Assembly: GCA_964626665.1 (NCBI GenBank)
Contig: CAZVGK010000001.1
Span: 96,001 to 160,000 of the forward strand
Length of the DNA stretch: 64,000 nt
Origin: an uncultured Gemmatimonadota bacterium
GTDB taxonomy: Bacteria > SM23-81 > DAOVCL01
Direction of reading: 5' to 3'
Within the stretch, counting starts at the first letter, position 1. Each line of letters starts with the position of its first letter. Under the pieces are notes generated by a model. The model was given only the letters and a program-made list of their open reading frames with translations, ran no database searches and was not told where the DNA came from. Positions 28,957 through 38,559 of the stretch are shown piece after piece. The position numbers and the translations under genes were made by a program.

Positions 28957-30491
28957 AGCCTCTCCTTTGCTTGATCGCAATCTCCAATCTCACTGGCCTC
29001 ATTTCTCACTACCACTGGACAGAGGAAAGGGCTCTCACAGTGAGTTCCCGGGTTCCGCTGAGGGCTATTATGAGCGAGCGGCCGGAGATAACCAATAAAC
29101 TCCCCAAACCTATCCCTCTCTTTGTAGACCTTTCCTACTCCCCACTCCTTTGAGTCCTCCCTGGTAACTATTACCACCCGTGCCTTTCCCCCTTCGATTA
29201 AATCCCCCATCTCCTCATTGGATGGGATGTTATACCTTTCCCCCTCTTCTTTCCCAAGCCTCTTGGCCAGTTCCTTGTCCCAGGGCTTGGCTCTGGGGGG
29301 GATCCCTCTCTTGGCCAAAACAGGGAACCCTGGCCAGGAGGAGAAGATTTCCTCTCCTTCTTCAGAATTTTTGTCAATCCAGGATACAGCCCTTCTTATA
29401 TTTTCCACCTTCCAGGTCTTATCGTGTTCCCTTATCCCCAGAATATGCAGTGCAATGGGGACAACCAAGAAAATGGCATAGACGGGGAGGAGGGTGTAAA
29501 TGAGCCTTCTCCTTCTTTGAATTAAACTTTTTAAGTAGGGCAGGGAGACGATGAGAAAAAAGGGCAATGTCTGTACGAAGTAATGGAACATAGAAGGGGT
29601 AGCTAAAAGGTAGGTAAGGAAAATGGTTGTCCCGATGAGGAAAGCCAGGAGTTCCGGCTTGAAATCTTTCAATCTTTTTCGCAGATAGATTATAGAGACA
29701 AGGGCCAGAATTGTTATTCCGCCAGTCTGAGGGAATCCAAGAAATTTTCCTAAGACCAAGCATTTCTGGAAGAGTGGATGGGCAATGGGGAGAAAAAGGT
29801 CCTTCCTTCTGAGCTGGGAAAGGAGGACATTAAATAAGAAAACCGATTTGTATTTAAACAGATAGAGGAGCCAGAAGCTGCTGGCAAGAAGCCAGCCAAC
29901 CAGCCAGCCAAGGGTATCTCTCCCTCTTTTTTCTACTATTAGCCAAACGAAAAAGAGGAGGAAAAGGGGGAGGAAGACAATTCGTAAGCTTAGGACAACC
30001 CCCAGAAGAAGTCCACTGAGAAATAGATAAATGGGTTTCCCCTTTAAAGATGACCAGAAGGCCAGGAAGAGAAGGAGATCAGTGGGGGCATTGAACTGCA
30101 GCACTGTATGCCAGGAAAGGATAAACCCATTGAATGTGTAAAGGATAAAAGAGAGCAGGCTTACTTGTAAATCATTGGTTCTTTCTCGGCTATAGGAGAA
30201 AATGGCTAAACCTAACAGGAGGCCAAAAGCGGCATAGAGCAGTCGGGCAGCGAAATAGCCATTTAATCCTTTGTCGGCAAAGGGGGAGAGAAGATACAGG
30301 ATTAAGGGCATCTGGGGGAAGAAGAAGTCCTGGTAAGGGGTTTTCCCTTCTAATATCTCCCGGGCATAGAGGAGGTGTAGCCCTTCGTCGATGTTTACTA
30401 TCCGCAAGAGGGCGAAACCCACGGAGAGGAGGATATAAAGGGAGAGGGTAGAAAGGAAAAGATTTTTGTTGCCTTTTAGGTAATTGATCAT
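28953..30491 (-). CDS. GT-C fold membrane glycosyltransferase (ArnT/PMT-like)
   Basis: NIDEG after the first TM helix, PYQDFFFPQMP, multiple TM helices. Confidence 0.75.
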   Translation of the reverse strand: MINYLKGNKNLFLSTLSLYILLSVGFALLRIVNIDEGLHLLYAREILEGKTPYQDFFFPQMPLILYLLSPFADKGLNGYFAARLLYAAFGLLLGLAIFSYSRERTNDLQVSLLSFILYTFNGFILSWHTVLQFNAPTDLLLFLAFWSSLKGKPIYLFLSGLLLGVVLSLRIVFLPLFLLFFVWLIVEKRGRDTLGWLVGWLLASSFWLLYLFKYKSVFLFNVLLSQLRRKDLFLPIAHPLFQKCLVLGKFLGFPQTGGITILALVSIIYLRKRLKDFKPELLAFLIGTTIFLTYLLATPSMFHYFVQTLPFFLIVSLPYLKSLIQRRRRLIYTLLPVYAIFLVVPIALHILGIREHDKTWKVENIRRAVSWIDKNSEEGEEIFSSWPGFPVLAKRGIPPRAKPWDKELAKRLGKEEGERYNIPSNEEMGDLIEGGKARVVIVTREDSKEWGVGKVYKERDRFGEFIGYLRPLAHNSPQRNPGTHCESPFLCPVVVRNEASEIGDCDQAKERL

Positions 30492-30604
30492 TGGGCACGA
30501 AAAACCGTAGTCTTCTCCTTCTTAGAGGATGCCTCGCTTGATTTGTTTCCTTGGAGAAAATTAAGGGTACAGAATGATGGCGTTTGAACCCAGCTTTACT
30601 CCGC

Positions 30605-30633
30605 ATTATACGCAAGTTGCCTCCTCCGGTCAA
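30605..30633 (-). promoter_or_regulatory. Near-consensus sigma70 promoter
   Basis: Minus strand TTGACC-N17-TATAAT, ~110 bp upstream of the GT-C gene. Confidence 0.75.
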
Positions 30634-31075
30634 GTCCTTTTGAACATAGTCGCTTTGAGAGGCTTTTCTGACAGGAGAAAAGGATTTACATGATTTTTGT
30701 TTGTCCCTTCTAATAAAAGAGGGGATCCCCATGCTACGGACTTAAATTGCCGTGGGCTTCCGCCCTCGCAATGATAGGTTTCATCCTCCTGTAACCCAGC
30801 CATAATATTGGGTGCTGTGGAAGAGGTTTCAAGACCTCCATTATCAACATCAGGAGATGTCTCCGATAATAAGTCTTCCTGCCCGGCTTTCCCGACTCGT
30901 TCCGGGATGGGTAGCTGAGGGTGTAACCTTGCATTAAAGTGCAGTAGAATGTGTCAGGGCAGAAGTTCTGCCAACACCCATGAGAGGATAAAAAAGGGAC
31001 AAAGCGGAAAAGAATCGGACACACCCAGGGGACCGTGGGTGTGCCTTTCATCACTGGGAGCCGAGATAAGCCCGG

Positions 31076-32431
31076 TCACTTGACCAACAATAGCTTCCGC
31101 ACTTCCTCTATTCTTTGCCCTTTGACTTCTAACCTGCAGAGGTAGACTCCACTGGCAACTGGGTTGCCACCTGAATCCTTACCATCCCAGAGAAGGGAGT
31201 ATCTCCCTGGTCCTTTCTCCTCATCCACCAGCGTTCTCACCTCTTGGCCTAAAATGTTGTAGATTATTAGGGTGGTGTGGAGCGGCCTGATCGCCGATAG
31301 CCGATAGCTGATAGCTGTATTTGAGTTAAACGGATTGGGGTAGTTCTGTTCCAAAGCAAATCCGCTGGGGAGGGGGACATCTTTGGCTTCGTCAACAAAA
31401 TCTTGTCCGCCGTATATGGCCATATCCTGAGCCCCGTCGCCAAAGCCATAGGTGGCCATCACCGAGTCATTTTGGGGATTGAACTTCTGCACTGTGTCAT
31501 CACCAAAATTGCTTACCCAGATCACATCCTTTCTATCATCGTAGAGAACCCTCATTGCCCCCTTGCCAATACGGATGGGATTGGAACTGTTATGATACAC
31601 ATCCCCAGTGGAGGTGTTGTAGCTATAGAGGAAGCCGTTGTTCTCATCGCCCCAGTCGGGGAGATAGCCTCTGCCGTCCTGGGTGATTGCTATGTCCCCC
31701 GACCAACCGCCGAGCTCGATGGTATCCACCACCGCCGGTGTCGAATCCAGTCCTGCCCAGCGGTCTATAACACAGACCTTGCCGGCATTGGCCTCCCAGA
31801 GCCCTGAACAGACCACATGAACCCTTCCGTCGGGAGCCAGGGCCAGGTCCTGAGCGTTGCAGGGCATAGGGAGGGTTGTAGTAACCTCATCGGTAGCGAG
31901 ATCAATGAGGGAGACCGAGGAAGGTTTGAAGTCAGGATACCCTCCGGTGTTGGCCACAAAGGCCAGGTTATCCACCACCAAGATCCCCTCAGGTCCGACC
32001 CCGACGGGAATATCTTTCACCACTAAACCACTCTCTAAATCAACAACCGACACGGTATTAGCCAAGTAGTTGGTCACATAGGCCCTGTTAGATGCAACAA
32101 CTGCCATAAACCAGGGATTGCTCCCCTCGGCCAGGCCGATCCGCCTCTCCACCTGTTCATCTTGGGGATCGATCACCATAATCTCCGGCGGCGTGGAATT
32201 GAGCACGTAGATCCTCTCTCCGAAACCAACTACCTGATTGGGAATATCTCCCAGTTGGAGAAAATCATTGGTGATCTCAAGGGTTTGTAGGTTCATCTTG
32301 GAAAGGGTTCTCCCCAACCCATTTAGGACATAAAGGATGCGGGAATTGTCACCCCCATAGAGAACGGAAGCCAAGATGAGCAGAAACAACATTTCGATCA
32401 CCAATAGGATTTTTGCAGCTATGTTTCTCAT
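31076..32431 (-). CDS. YVTN/YncE beta-propeller (BtuG-like) with FlgD-Ig/T9SS-like C-terminal domain
   Basis: Signal peptide, AYVTNYLANTVSVVD blades, LEQNYPNPFN..WDGKD..SGVYLCRL. Confidence 0.82.
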   Translation of the reverse strand: MRNIAAKILLVIEMLFLLILASVLYGGDNSRILYVLNGLGRTLSKMNLQTLEITNDFLQLGDIPNQVVGFGERIYVLNSTPPEIMVIDPQDEQVERRIGLAEGSNPWFMAVVASNRAYVTNYLANTVSVVDLESGLVVKDIPVGVGPEGILVVDNLAFVANTGGYPDFKPSSVSLIDLATDEVTTTLPMPCNAQDLALAPDGRVHVVCSGLWEANAGKVCVIDRWAGLDSTPAVVDTIELGGWSGDIAITQDGRGYLPDWGDENNGFLYSYNTSTGDVYHNSSNPIRIGKGAMRVLYDDRKDVIWVSNFGDDTVQKFNPQNDSVMATYGFGDGAQDMAIYGGQDFVDEAKDVPLPSGFALEQNYPNPFNSNTAISYRLSAIRPLHTTLIIYNILGQEVRTLVDEEKGPGRYSLLWDGKDSGGNPVASGVYLCRLEVKGQRIEEVRKLLLVK

Positions 32432-32486
32432 GGTCTCCTCCTTTGGTTTGTTTTATTTACCGTTGAAGGTGAAAAATCATCAGTGG

Positions 32487-34715
32487 TTAATCCCATCTCA
32501 GAGCCCTCTTTAGGGTTAACTCCATCCTCCACTCCTGGGGGGGGATAGGGGCTCGTTCCACCATCTCATATTTCACATTCCTTAGGTTGTATATCGAGCC
32601 CCTGATCTGAATTTCTACCCCTTTGATCCTTGGCTTCACCCCAACCGTGAGATCGTCTACCCCATAGCCGGGCATCTCCACGGTGTTGGCCTCGGTGACA
32701 AACCGCTTTCCGATTAGCCTCCGCTGGTATAGGAGCTGAAAGACCCTGTAGTTCAAATCCACTCCGATCCTGACACTCCTGCGAGGACGGTAAGGAAGGT
32801 CCATGTTATGGGTGGTGCGCTCCCCGCTTTTGTTGATCGGCTTAAGGTGAGTCTCACTCCAGTGAAAACCAAAGGTCTCATCCAGACTTTGCCAGGCTAG
32901 CTCGTATTCCTCCCCTGATATTTCGGCATCGGTATTAAAGGGGGAGAAGGTGGCAAAGGAGCCAAGTCGCCAGCTTATGAGATCGGTCACCTTGTTATAA
33001 AAGTGGGTGATCTCGCCCTGAAACTCACCCCAGCCATGCCAACTAACGTTCACTCCGACCTCGTAAGAGAGGGATCGTTCCGGTCTTAGATCCGGCTTGC
33101 CCTTGACCCGATACTCCTGGTAGAATAGATCGGCAAAGGTGGGAGGACGGAATGAACGGCTGAGATTGGCCTTAAGCCCAACCCTGTTCAGTTTGCCTCG
33201 CCAAAGAAGTAGGCCCAACTTGGGGCTCCACTGGCTCTCATATCTACTTATCCCCTGATTTTCAATGCGGTTCTGGTCATAGCGTAACGCTGAGGTCAAT
33301 AGCCCCTGCCTAAACCCTATGGGAAATGGGAACCTCAATTCATCATAGAGGTAAATTCCGTTGGTGTAATCCCTGGTCTTCCCAATCGGTTTATGAGAAG
33401 GTTGCATCAGATCTTCATCGGTATAGTGGGTCCAATTCCCCTCATAGCCAAATCGAAGGGTCCCTGATCCCTGCGGGAAAACCTGGGTGGTAAATCTTAG
33501 CTGGTAGTCGGTCAGCCAACTCTTAGAGTGGTATCGAGGGACAGTGCGATACCGCAGAGGGGCATCGGGGGGATAGATATGTCTGTATTCTGTGGTTGAC
33601 CTATGATAGCTCAGGTTTAAATCTGCTTGCATCCGCCGCCACCGGGTTCCCCAGTGGCCTCCCAAGATGTCCCGATCTGAGATTGCTCTGGCATAAGGGG
33701 TCAGGCTGAAAACCAATCCTGGGAGCCCCCGCTTTGAGCGGAGCCGATAGCCGTGTAGTTCAAATTCGAAACTCCCCCATCGGTAACTGAACTTACCAAA
33801 CCCACAGTTGGAGAAGAAATCTGCATTCATTCGCTCTTCCTTAACCTTAGTCCCATCCGATCGCTCGTAGGAGTAAGGGTAATCCCCCTCGCTTTTCTGC
33901 TGTTCAAATGAGACAAGATACCCCAGCCTCTTTAAACTGCCGGAGGAAGCCGGGGCCCAGCCAGATCTGCCGAATGCCCCGGTCCCCCCCTGGAGGGTTA
34001 TCTGGGATTGGGAGGGCTTCCTGGTCAGGATATTGATGACGCCACCGATGGCCCCGGCACTGAAACGGGCGGAGCTCCCCCCCTTGATGACCTCAATCTT
34101 TTCCACCATTCTCAAGGGGATATTAGCCAGATTCACCTGTCCGATCATAGCATCGTTAAGCTTGATGCCATCCAGCAGAACCAGCACCTGGTTTGGGCGA
34201 CTGCCGCGGATGGAAACCGTCTTCTCCCCATCCTTCTCCTGAATCTCCACCCCTGGAACCTGCTGGAGAATCTCCCCTAAGTTCTGAGCGTTGCTTTGTT
34301 CGATATCTTTGGCCGTGATGACCATCACCGAGGCTGGTTGCTCCTCTGGAATGCGGCTACCAGTGACAGTAATGCTGGGCAGTTTAATAACTTTGGGCTG
34401 AAGATTGAAATCAACCTCCACAGGACGATCCAGGCCTACCTTAACCCCGGACTTGGTCTGGCTTTCATACCCTATATAGCTGGCGGTTATGGTATATTCG
34501 CCCACGAAGAGGTCCTCGATCACCCACCGACCACATTCATCTGAGGAGGTCCCCAGGCCAGTGCCCTCCACCACGATATTGGCCCCATAAAGGGGTTTGT
34601 GGGTGGTGCGGTCCCGGACCCTTCCCGTTATCTTTACCACCGACTGGCACCAGCCTGAGGTAAAGATCAGAGAGATCAGAAGAGCTATCCCTGATAGGTG
34701 GATAAGCTGTTTCAT
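32487..34715 (-). CDS. btuB: TonB-dependent receptor, probable cobalamin transporter
   Basis: N-terminal carboxypeptidase-regulatory-like domain, plug SIRG..VLVLLDG..IEVIKG..GGVINI, barrel FRPPTFADL..LRPE; downstream of a B12 riboswitch. Confidence 0.82.
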   Translation of the reverse strand: MKQLIHLSGIALLISLIFTSGWCQSVVKITGRVRDRTTHKPLYGANIVVEGTGLGTSSDECGRWVIEDLFVGEYTITASYIGYESQTKSGVKVGLDRPVEVDFNLQPKVIKLPSITVTGSRIPEEQPASVMVITAKDIEQSNAQNLGEILQQVPGVEIQEKDGEKTVSIRGSRPNQVLVLLDGIKLNDAMIGQVNLANIPLRMVEKIEVIKGGSSARFSAGAIGGVINILTRKPSQSQITLQGGTGAFGRSGWAPASSGSLKRLGYLVSFEQQKSEGDYPYSYERSDGTKVKEERMNADFFSNCGFGKFSYRWGSFEFELHGYRLRSKRGLPGLVFSLTPYARAISDRDILGGHWGTRWRRMQADLNLSYHRSTTEYRHIYPPDAPLRYRTVPRYHSKSWLTDYQLRFTTQVFPQGSGTLRFGYEGNWTHYTDEDLMQPSHKPIGKTRDYTNGIYLYDELRFPFPIGFRQGLLTSALRYDQNRIENQGISRYESQWSPKLGLLLWRGKLNRVGLKANLSRSFRPPTFADLFYQEYRVKGKPDLRPERSLSYEVGVNVSWHGWGEFQGEITHFYNKVTDLISWRLGSFATFSPFNTDAEISGEEYELAWQSLDETFGFHWSETHLKPINKSGERTTHNMDLPYRPRRSVRIGVDLNYRVFQLLYQRRLIGKRFVTEANTVEMPGYGVDDLTVGVKPRIKGVEIQIRGSIYNLRNVKYEMVERAPIPPQEWRMELTLKRALRWD

Positions 34716-34734
34716 CGGCGAGGTTTCGCGGCGA

Positions 34735-36126
34735 CTACCGCAGGAGGATCATTCTCCTTAGCTGGGTAAAATTTCCAGCTTCGAGGCGGCAGAAGTAGAT
34801 TTCGCTGGCAAAACCTGAGGCATTCCAGGAAACCCTCTTCTGCCCTGCTTTCTGGTATTCATCCACCAAAGTGGCCACCCGCTGACCCAGGAGATTATAA
34901 ATCTCCAAACTAACGTGGATCATGCTTGTAGCTCGTGAATCCCCGTTCGCCGACTGCCGACCGCTGACGGCCGATAACTGATAACGATCTACGATCAGCG
35001 AGTAACGAATAACGGTTGTTGCATTAAATGGGTTGGGATAATTTTGCAAAAGCGTAAAACCCCGGGGAACCACATCACCTTTTTGCTCTGCCACCCAAGT
35101 GGAGTCGCTGGAGGGACGGATAGCTATGTACCCAGGGCCATCGCCGACGGAGAAAGTTCGCACAATGACATCATTGGTGTCTATCTGAGAAACAGTATTG
35201 ACCAACCAGTTACAGGAGTAAGCATAGTTGTCCCTGTCCGTGCCAATTTCTAAAGCACCTTTTCCTACCAGAATGGGATTGTCCGGGCCGCGCAGCACCT
35301 GGTTGGTCTTGGTGTCAAAGGCATAGACAAAACCGTCGTCGCCAAACCAACCCCCGGCTGCCAGGTAGGCCTTGCCTCGAGGGGTAATGGCTATGGCCAT
35401 TGGTGCTCCCCCAATAGCGATGCTGTCTACAACCGAGTCGCTTACCGTATCGATCACCCATATCTTCCCCGGGATCAACCAGTAGTCTCCTGTGCAGACG
35501 ACATTGAGCTCACCGTCTTGGTCTAAGGCCAGATCCTGCGGATTAGTGCCCACATCGATAACCTTCGTCACCGAATCGGTAGCCGTTTCGATGACGGAGA
35601 CCGTCCCCTGTCCATAGGTTCCGGTCACAGTGTCCCACTCGGTGTTGGTGACATAGACCTTATCCCCTACCAAAGCTATCCCCTCTGGACCAATTCCAAC
35701 AGGTATTGTATCGATAACCTTTCGGGTGTTAACATTTACTACCGAAACCGAATCAATGTTGAAGTCGGTCACATAAGCAATACTGTCATTGAGAAAGGCC
35801 ATATGCCAAGGGTTGCTATAGGGATGGGTCATCTCGATGTATCCCTCAGTGCTGTCTGCATCCAGATTGACTATCTGGATGTTGTTCGATGTCCGATCCG
35901 AATTGACCACATACCCTTTGTTCCCCCTTATCACAATTTGATTGGGGGTCTTTCCCACGTCCACCACATCGTTGAAGATCTCGTTTGTCTCCAAATTGAT
36001 GCGAGACAAATCCTCCGATGATGTCGCCCCATTCACCACCCAGGCTGTCTTTGGATTCCCTGCCTGGGAGGTGGTTACGGCAACCCCAATGATCAAAACC
36101 AATGCGAGAAACAGACTCCTTTTCAT
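34735..36126 (-). CDS. YVTN/YncE beta-propeller (BtuG-like) with T9SS-like C-terminal domain
   Basis: Signal peptide, AYVTD/VYVTN blades, QNYPNPFN..IYNLLGQRV..IYFCRL; paralogous to 31076-32431. Confidence 0.82.
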   Translation of the reverse strand: MKRSLFLALVLIIGVAVTTSQAGNPKTAWVVNGATSSEDLSRINLETNEIFNDVVDVGKTPNQIVIRGNKGYVVNSDRTSNNIQIVNLDADSTEGYIEMTHPYSNPWHMAFLNDSIAYVTDFNIDSVSVVNVNTRKVIDTIPVGIGPEGIALVGDKVYVTNTEWDTVTGTYGQGTVSVIETATDSVTKVIDVGTNPQDLALDQDGELNVVCTGDYWLIPGKIWVIDTVSDSVVDSIAIGGAPMAIAITPRGKAYLAAGGWFGDDGFVYAFDTKTNQVLRGPDNPILVGKGALEIGTDRDNYAYSCNWLVNTVSQIDTNDVIVRTFSVGDGPGYIAIRPSSDSTWVAEQKGDVVPRGFTLLQNYPNPFNATTVIRYSLIVDRYQLSAVSGRQSANGDSRATSMIHVSLEIYNLLGQRVATLVDEYQKAGQKRVSWNASGFASEIYFCRLEAGNFTQLRRMILLR

Positions 36127-36265
36127 AATTTTACTCCCTTCCAGTTTGAGGTTAAAGGGCTTCGTATTGGGCTACGAAGCCAGAACATTGGCTTTCAAAT
36201 ATGCATAGCGTCACCTCCATGCTTTGAGATTTGTTGCTTTAGTTTTGGCGGGCGGTCTCTTTTTT

Positions 36266-37222
36266 TCATCTAATCAGCACAAGTCTCCTTATCCTTTCGG
36301 CTTTCAGCTTTCGGCTTTCAGCTTTCAACCTGCAGATATATACCCCGCTGGCCAACTCTCCCCCCAGGTTGTCTCTTCCATCCCAGATTACGGTATGATC
36401 TCCGGGCGACTGTGGCTCATCCACCAGGGTTCTCACCTCTTGGCCTAAAATGTTGTAGATTATCAGGGTGGTGTGGAGCGGCCTGATCGCCGATAGCTGA
36501 TAGCTGACAACTGTATTTGAGTTAAATGGATTGGGATAATTCTGGGCCAGGAGAAAGGAGCTTGGCAGGATTTGGTCATTAACTTCCCTGCACCCACTCG
36601 ATGAGTGGATGGCTACAACGGCATCCAGATCAAAGGAGGGGCCTGAATCCTGAACCAGGCTATCCGCATCGGTAATCCTCACAAAACGGGCAAAGGCCAA
36701 ACCCACCTCTGCCAAGTCAAAGGAGTCTCCTCCTGAGCCAGTGGGATCAGTGGGATCTGCAGCTCCATTGGTGGGAGTCACCCCGGCCAGCCCAGCGAAA
36801 GTTTCAGGATCATAGGGAAACTCAACGAATTTAATCCCATCCTGGCCAACTGCCACTATTCCCGTCTCGGCATAGGACTTGGTGGTATCTCCTCCGATAT
36901 AGAAGGGGTTTTCGAAGACGGTGAAATCGGGGCCTTCTTTGTCCACTATGATGTTGTCTACAAATTCCAAGATGATGCTCCCACCTGTTCCCAGGGACAA
37001 AAGCTCCCTTGGGCTACAACTGGGGCTGGTGGGAGTAGCCATTGAATCCGGTGGCCCAAGCACATTATCGGGGAAATATGGTTCTCCAAAACCAGCTCCT
37101 GGCCCGGGAGAAAAAGCAACCACGGAATCGGCCCAAGGGTCACCAAGATCCTGCGCCAAACTGTCCGGAAGGGGGTAAGATATCGCCAACAGGATAAGCA
37201 TCCCGATTAAGGTCTTCTCCAT
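36266..37222 (-). CDS. Secreted cell-surface protein (BtuH-like domain, tentative) with FlgD-Ig/T9SS-like CTD
   Basis: ADSVVAFSPG..SLGTGGSIILEF..DFTVFENPF..GGDSFDL..FDLDAV; NYPNPFN CTD. Confidence 0.7.
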   Translation of the reverse strand: MEKTLIGMLILLAISYPLPDSLAQDLGDPWADSVVAFSPGPGAGFGEPYFPDNVLGPPDSMATPTSPSCSPRELLSLGTGGSIILEFVDNIIVDKEGPDFTVFENPFYIGGDTTKSYAETGIVAVGQDGIKFVEFPYDPETFAGLAGVTPTNGAADPTDPTGSGGDSFDLAEVGLAFARFVRITDADSLVQDSGPSFDLDAVVAIHSSSGCREVNDQILPSSFLLAQNYPNPFNSNTVVSYQLSAIRPLHTTLIIYNILGQEVRTLVDEPQSPGDHTVIWDGRDNLGGELASGVYICRLKAESRKLKAERIRRLVLIR

Positions 37223-37281
37223 TCCTATTATCTGCCTCCTCTGACAAACATTGTTTTAGATAAAAAAAGACTGTAAAAATT

Positions 37282-37705
37282 CACCACAGATAACCACGGA
37301 ATAGCACAGAAAAGGATTTATTACTCCGGCCACATTATAGTTTGCACCTTGCTATTTCATTGGTCATTGCGAGGAGCACTTCGCTATTGCTCAGCACAGG
37401 TTCCGCGACGAAGCAATCCCTTAGCCCCAACAGGTATTCGGTGTTTGGAGATTGCTTTGCTTTGCTCGCCCCGTTAGACAATTTCTACCAATCTCGGAGT
37501 TCAGCGAAACGTCATTAGATATCTAACGGGGCTCGCAATGACATGTATCTACTTTACGCTCCCAGTAGTAAATAGGTAAGGTGCTTACCCGATGATAAAA
37601 GTCATCTGTGTATTTTTGTGAGATTCCGTGGTGATCTGTCACATTCAAGAAATATCTGGGTTTATTCTGATCCCATCTGTGTCTATCCGTGTTCACCCGT
37701 GGTTG
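37282..37705. repeat. Nested palindromic repeats in the riboswitch-controlled leader
   Basis: CACCACAGATAACCACGG..CCGTGGTG encloses GTCATTGCGAG..CTCGCAATGAC, which encloses CCCCGTTAGA..TCTAACGGGG. Confidence 0.75.
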
Positions 37706-37720
37706 GCTATTATTTGCAAT

Positions 37721-37759
37721 AAAAAATCCCAACCTTCTTGGGAAGAAAGTCGGGATTTT
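37721..37759 (-). terminator. Riboswitch expression-platform terminator
   Basis: Minus strand AAAATCCCGACTTTCTT-CCC-AAGAAGGTTGGGATTTTTT. Confidence 0.75.
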
Positions 37760-37814
37760 ACCCTCAAAATGATACTCCAAACCTCACCCTCGAAGGCTTC
37801 TGGAATTTTAGACG

Positions 37815-38014
37815 AACCCGGCAGGTTTCCTGACTTAGGGCTTCAAACCTACTAACCAAACCTTCCCATTCTGACTTAGGTCAAAACAGTGGTTGTCTTA
37901 AGTCATCAGGCCGAATGGTCTGAATGACTTGGCTGGCTTTCGTAGCCCATCACAGTAGCGGGGCTGTGACGGATTCTCACCGTCTTCCCTTTTACCCTGA
38001 CAAGGCACCGGGAA
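37815..38014 (-). ncRNA. Cobalamin (AdoCbl) riboswitch
   Basis: Minus strand GGTGC..AAAAGGGAAGACGGTGAGAATCCGTCACAGCCCCGCTACTGTGA..CCACTG..GGGAAGG..AGTCAGGAAACCTGCC. Confidence 0.95.
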
Positions 38015-38040
38015 CGCAAAATTTATCAAAGAACAAACTC

Positions 38041-38068
38041 AGTATAGTAGACTCTCAGCAGAAGTCAA
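38041..38068 (-). promoter_or_regulatory. Promoter for the riboswitch/B12 operon
   Basis: Minus strand TTGACT-N16-TATACT. Confidence 0.6.
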
Positions 38069-38510
38069 GAATTTTTTTTTGGGCCAAAAGTTCACCTCAA
38101 GAACTTAGCCCGAATTATTCATAAACTATGACAAATCCGTTGTTCAGAGGTTTTCTCATCATCCCGTAGGGACAAACCGGAACTTGTCCCGACCGCCGCA
38201 GGTTGTCGGGAGATCTGTCCGTACGACATGAAACCTTTGATTTAACCCAAATACAGACATAAATATCTGTCCCCACGGAATTGTCCATAAAATTCCCAAT
38301 CCCAATAAATTGTGCGAACCTGATGGTAGTTTTATGGATGGATCGGGTTAAGGTTCTAGGGGTTGAATTCACCCCAGGCCTGAAAATTTAGTCTCTTTGG
38401 GAAGGAATTTTTTTCCCATTACCCATCCTTTTGGAGTGAAAGGAAGAAAGAGTGGTCTTTTAACTCCCAAAAATTCAAGGGAATAGAAAAAAACCATGGG
38501 AGATGGATCT

Positions 38511-38526
38511 TGGTATGGTTTTTGTA
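38511..38526 (+). promoter_or_regulatory. Candidate sigma54 (-24/-12) promoter of the flagellar operon
   Basis: TGGTATGGTTTTTGTA (GG-N10-GT; one mismatch to GC). Confidence 0.45.
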
Positions 38527-38559
38527 TAGAGTTCCATCGATGAAAGCTAAGGAGAAGAT

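Noticed and set aside
30734-31054. 106-aa ORF containing YYRRHL, reminiscent of a RAYT transposase N-terminus
   Set aside because: Only a few residues match and there is no HUH motif; at most a tiny relic
37523-38372. Short ORFs around the riboswitch
   Set aside because: They overlap the riboswitch and repeats and lack RBS or recognisable domains
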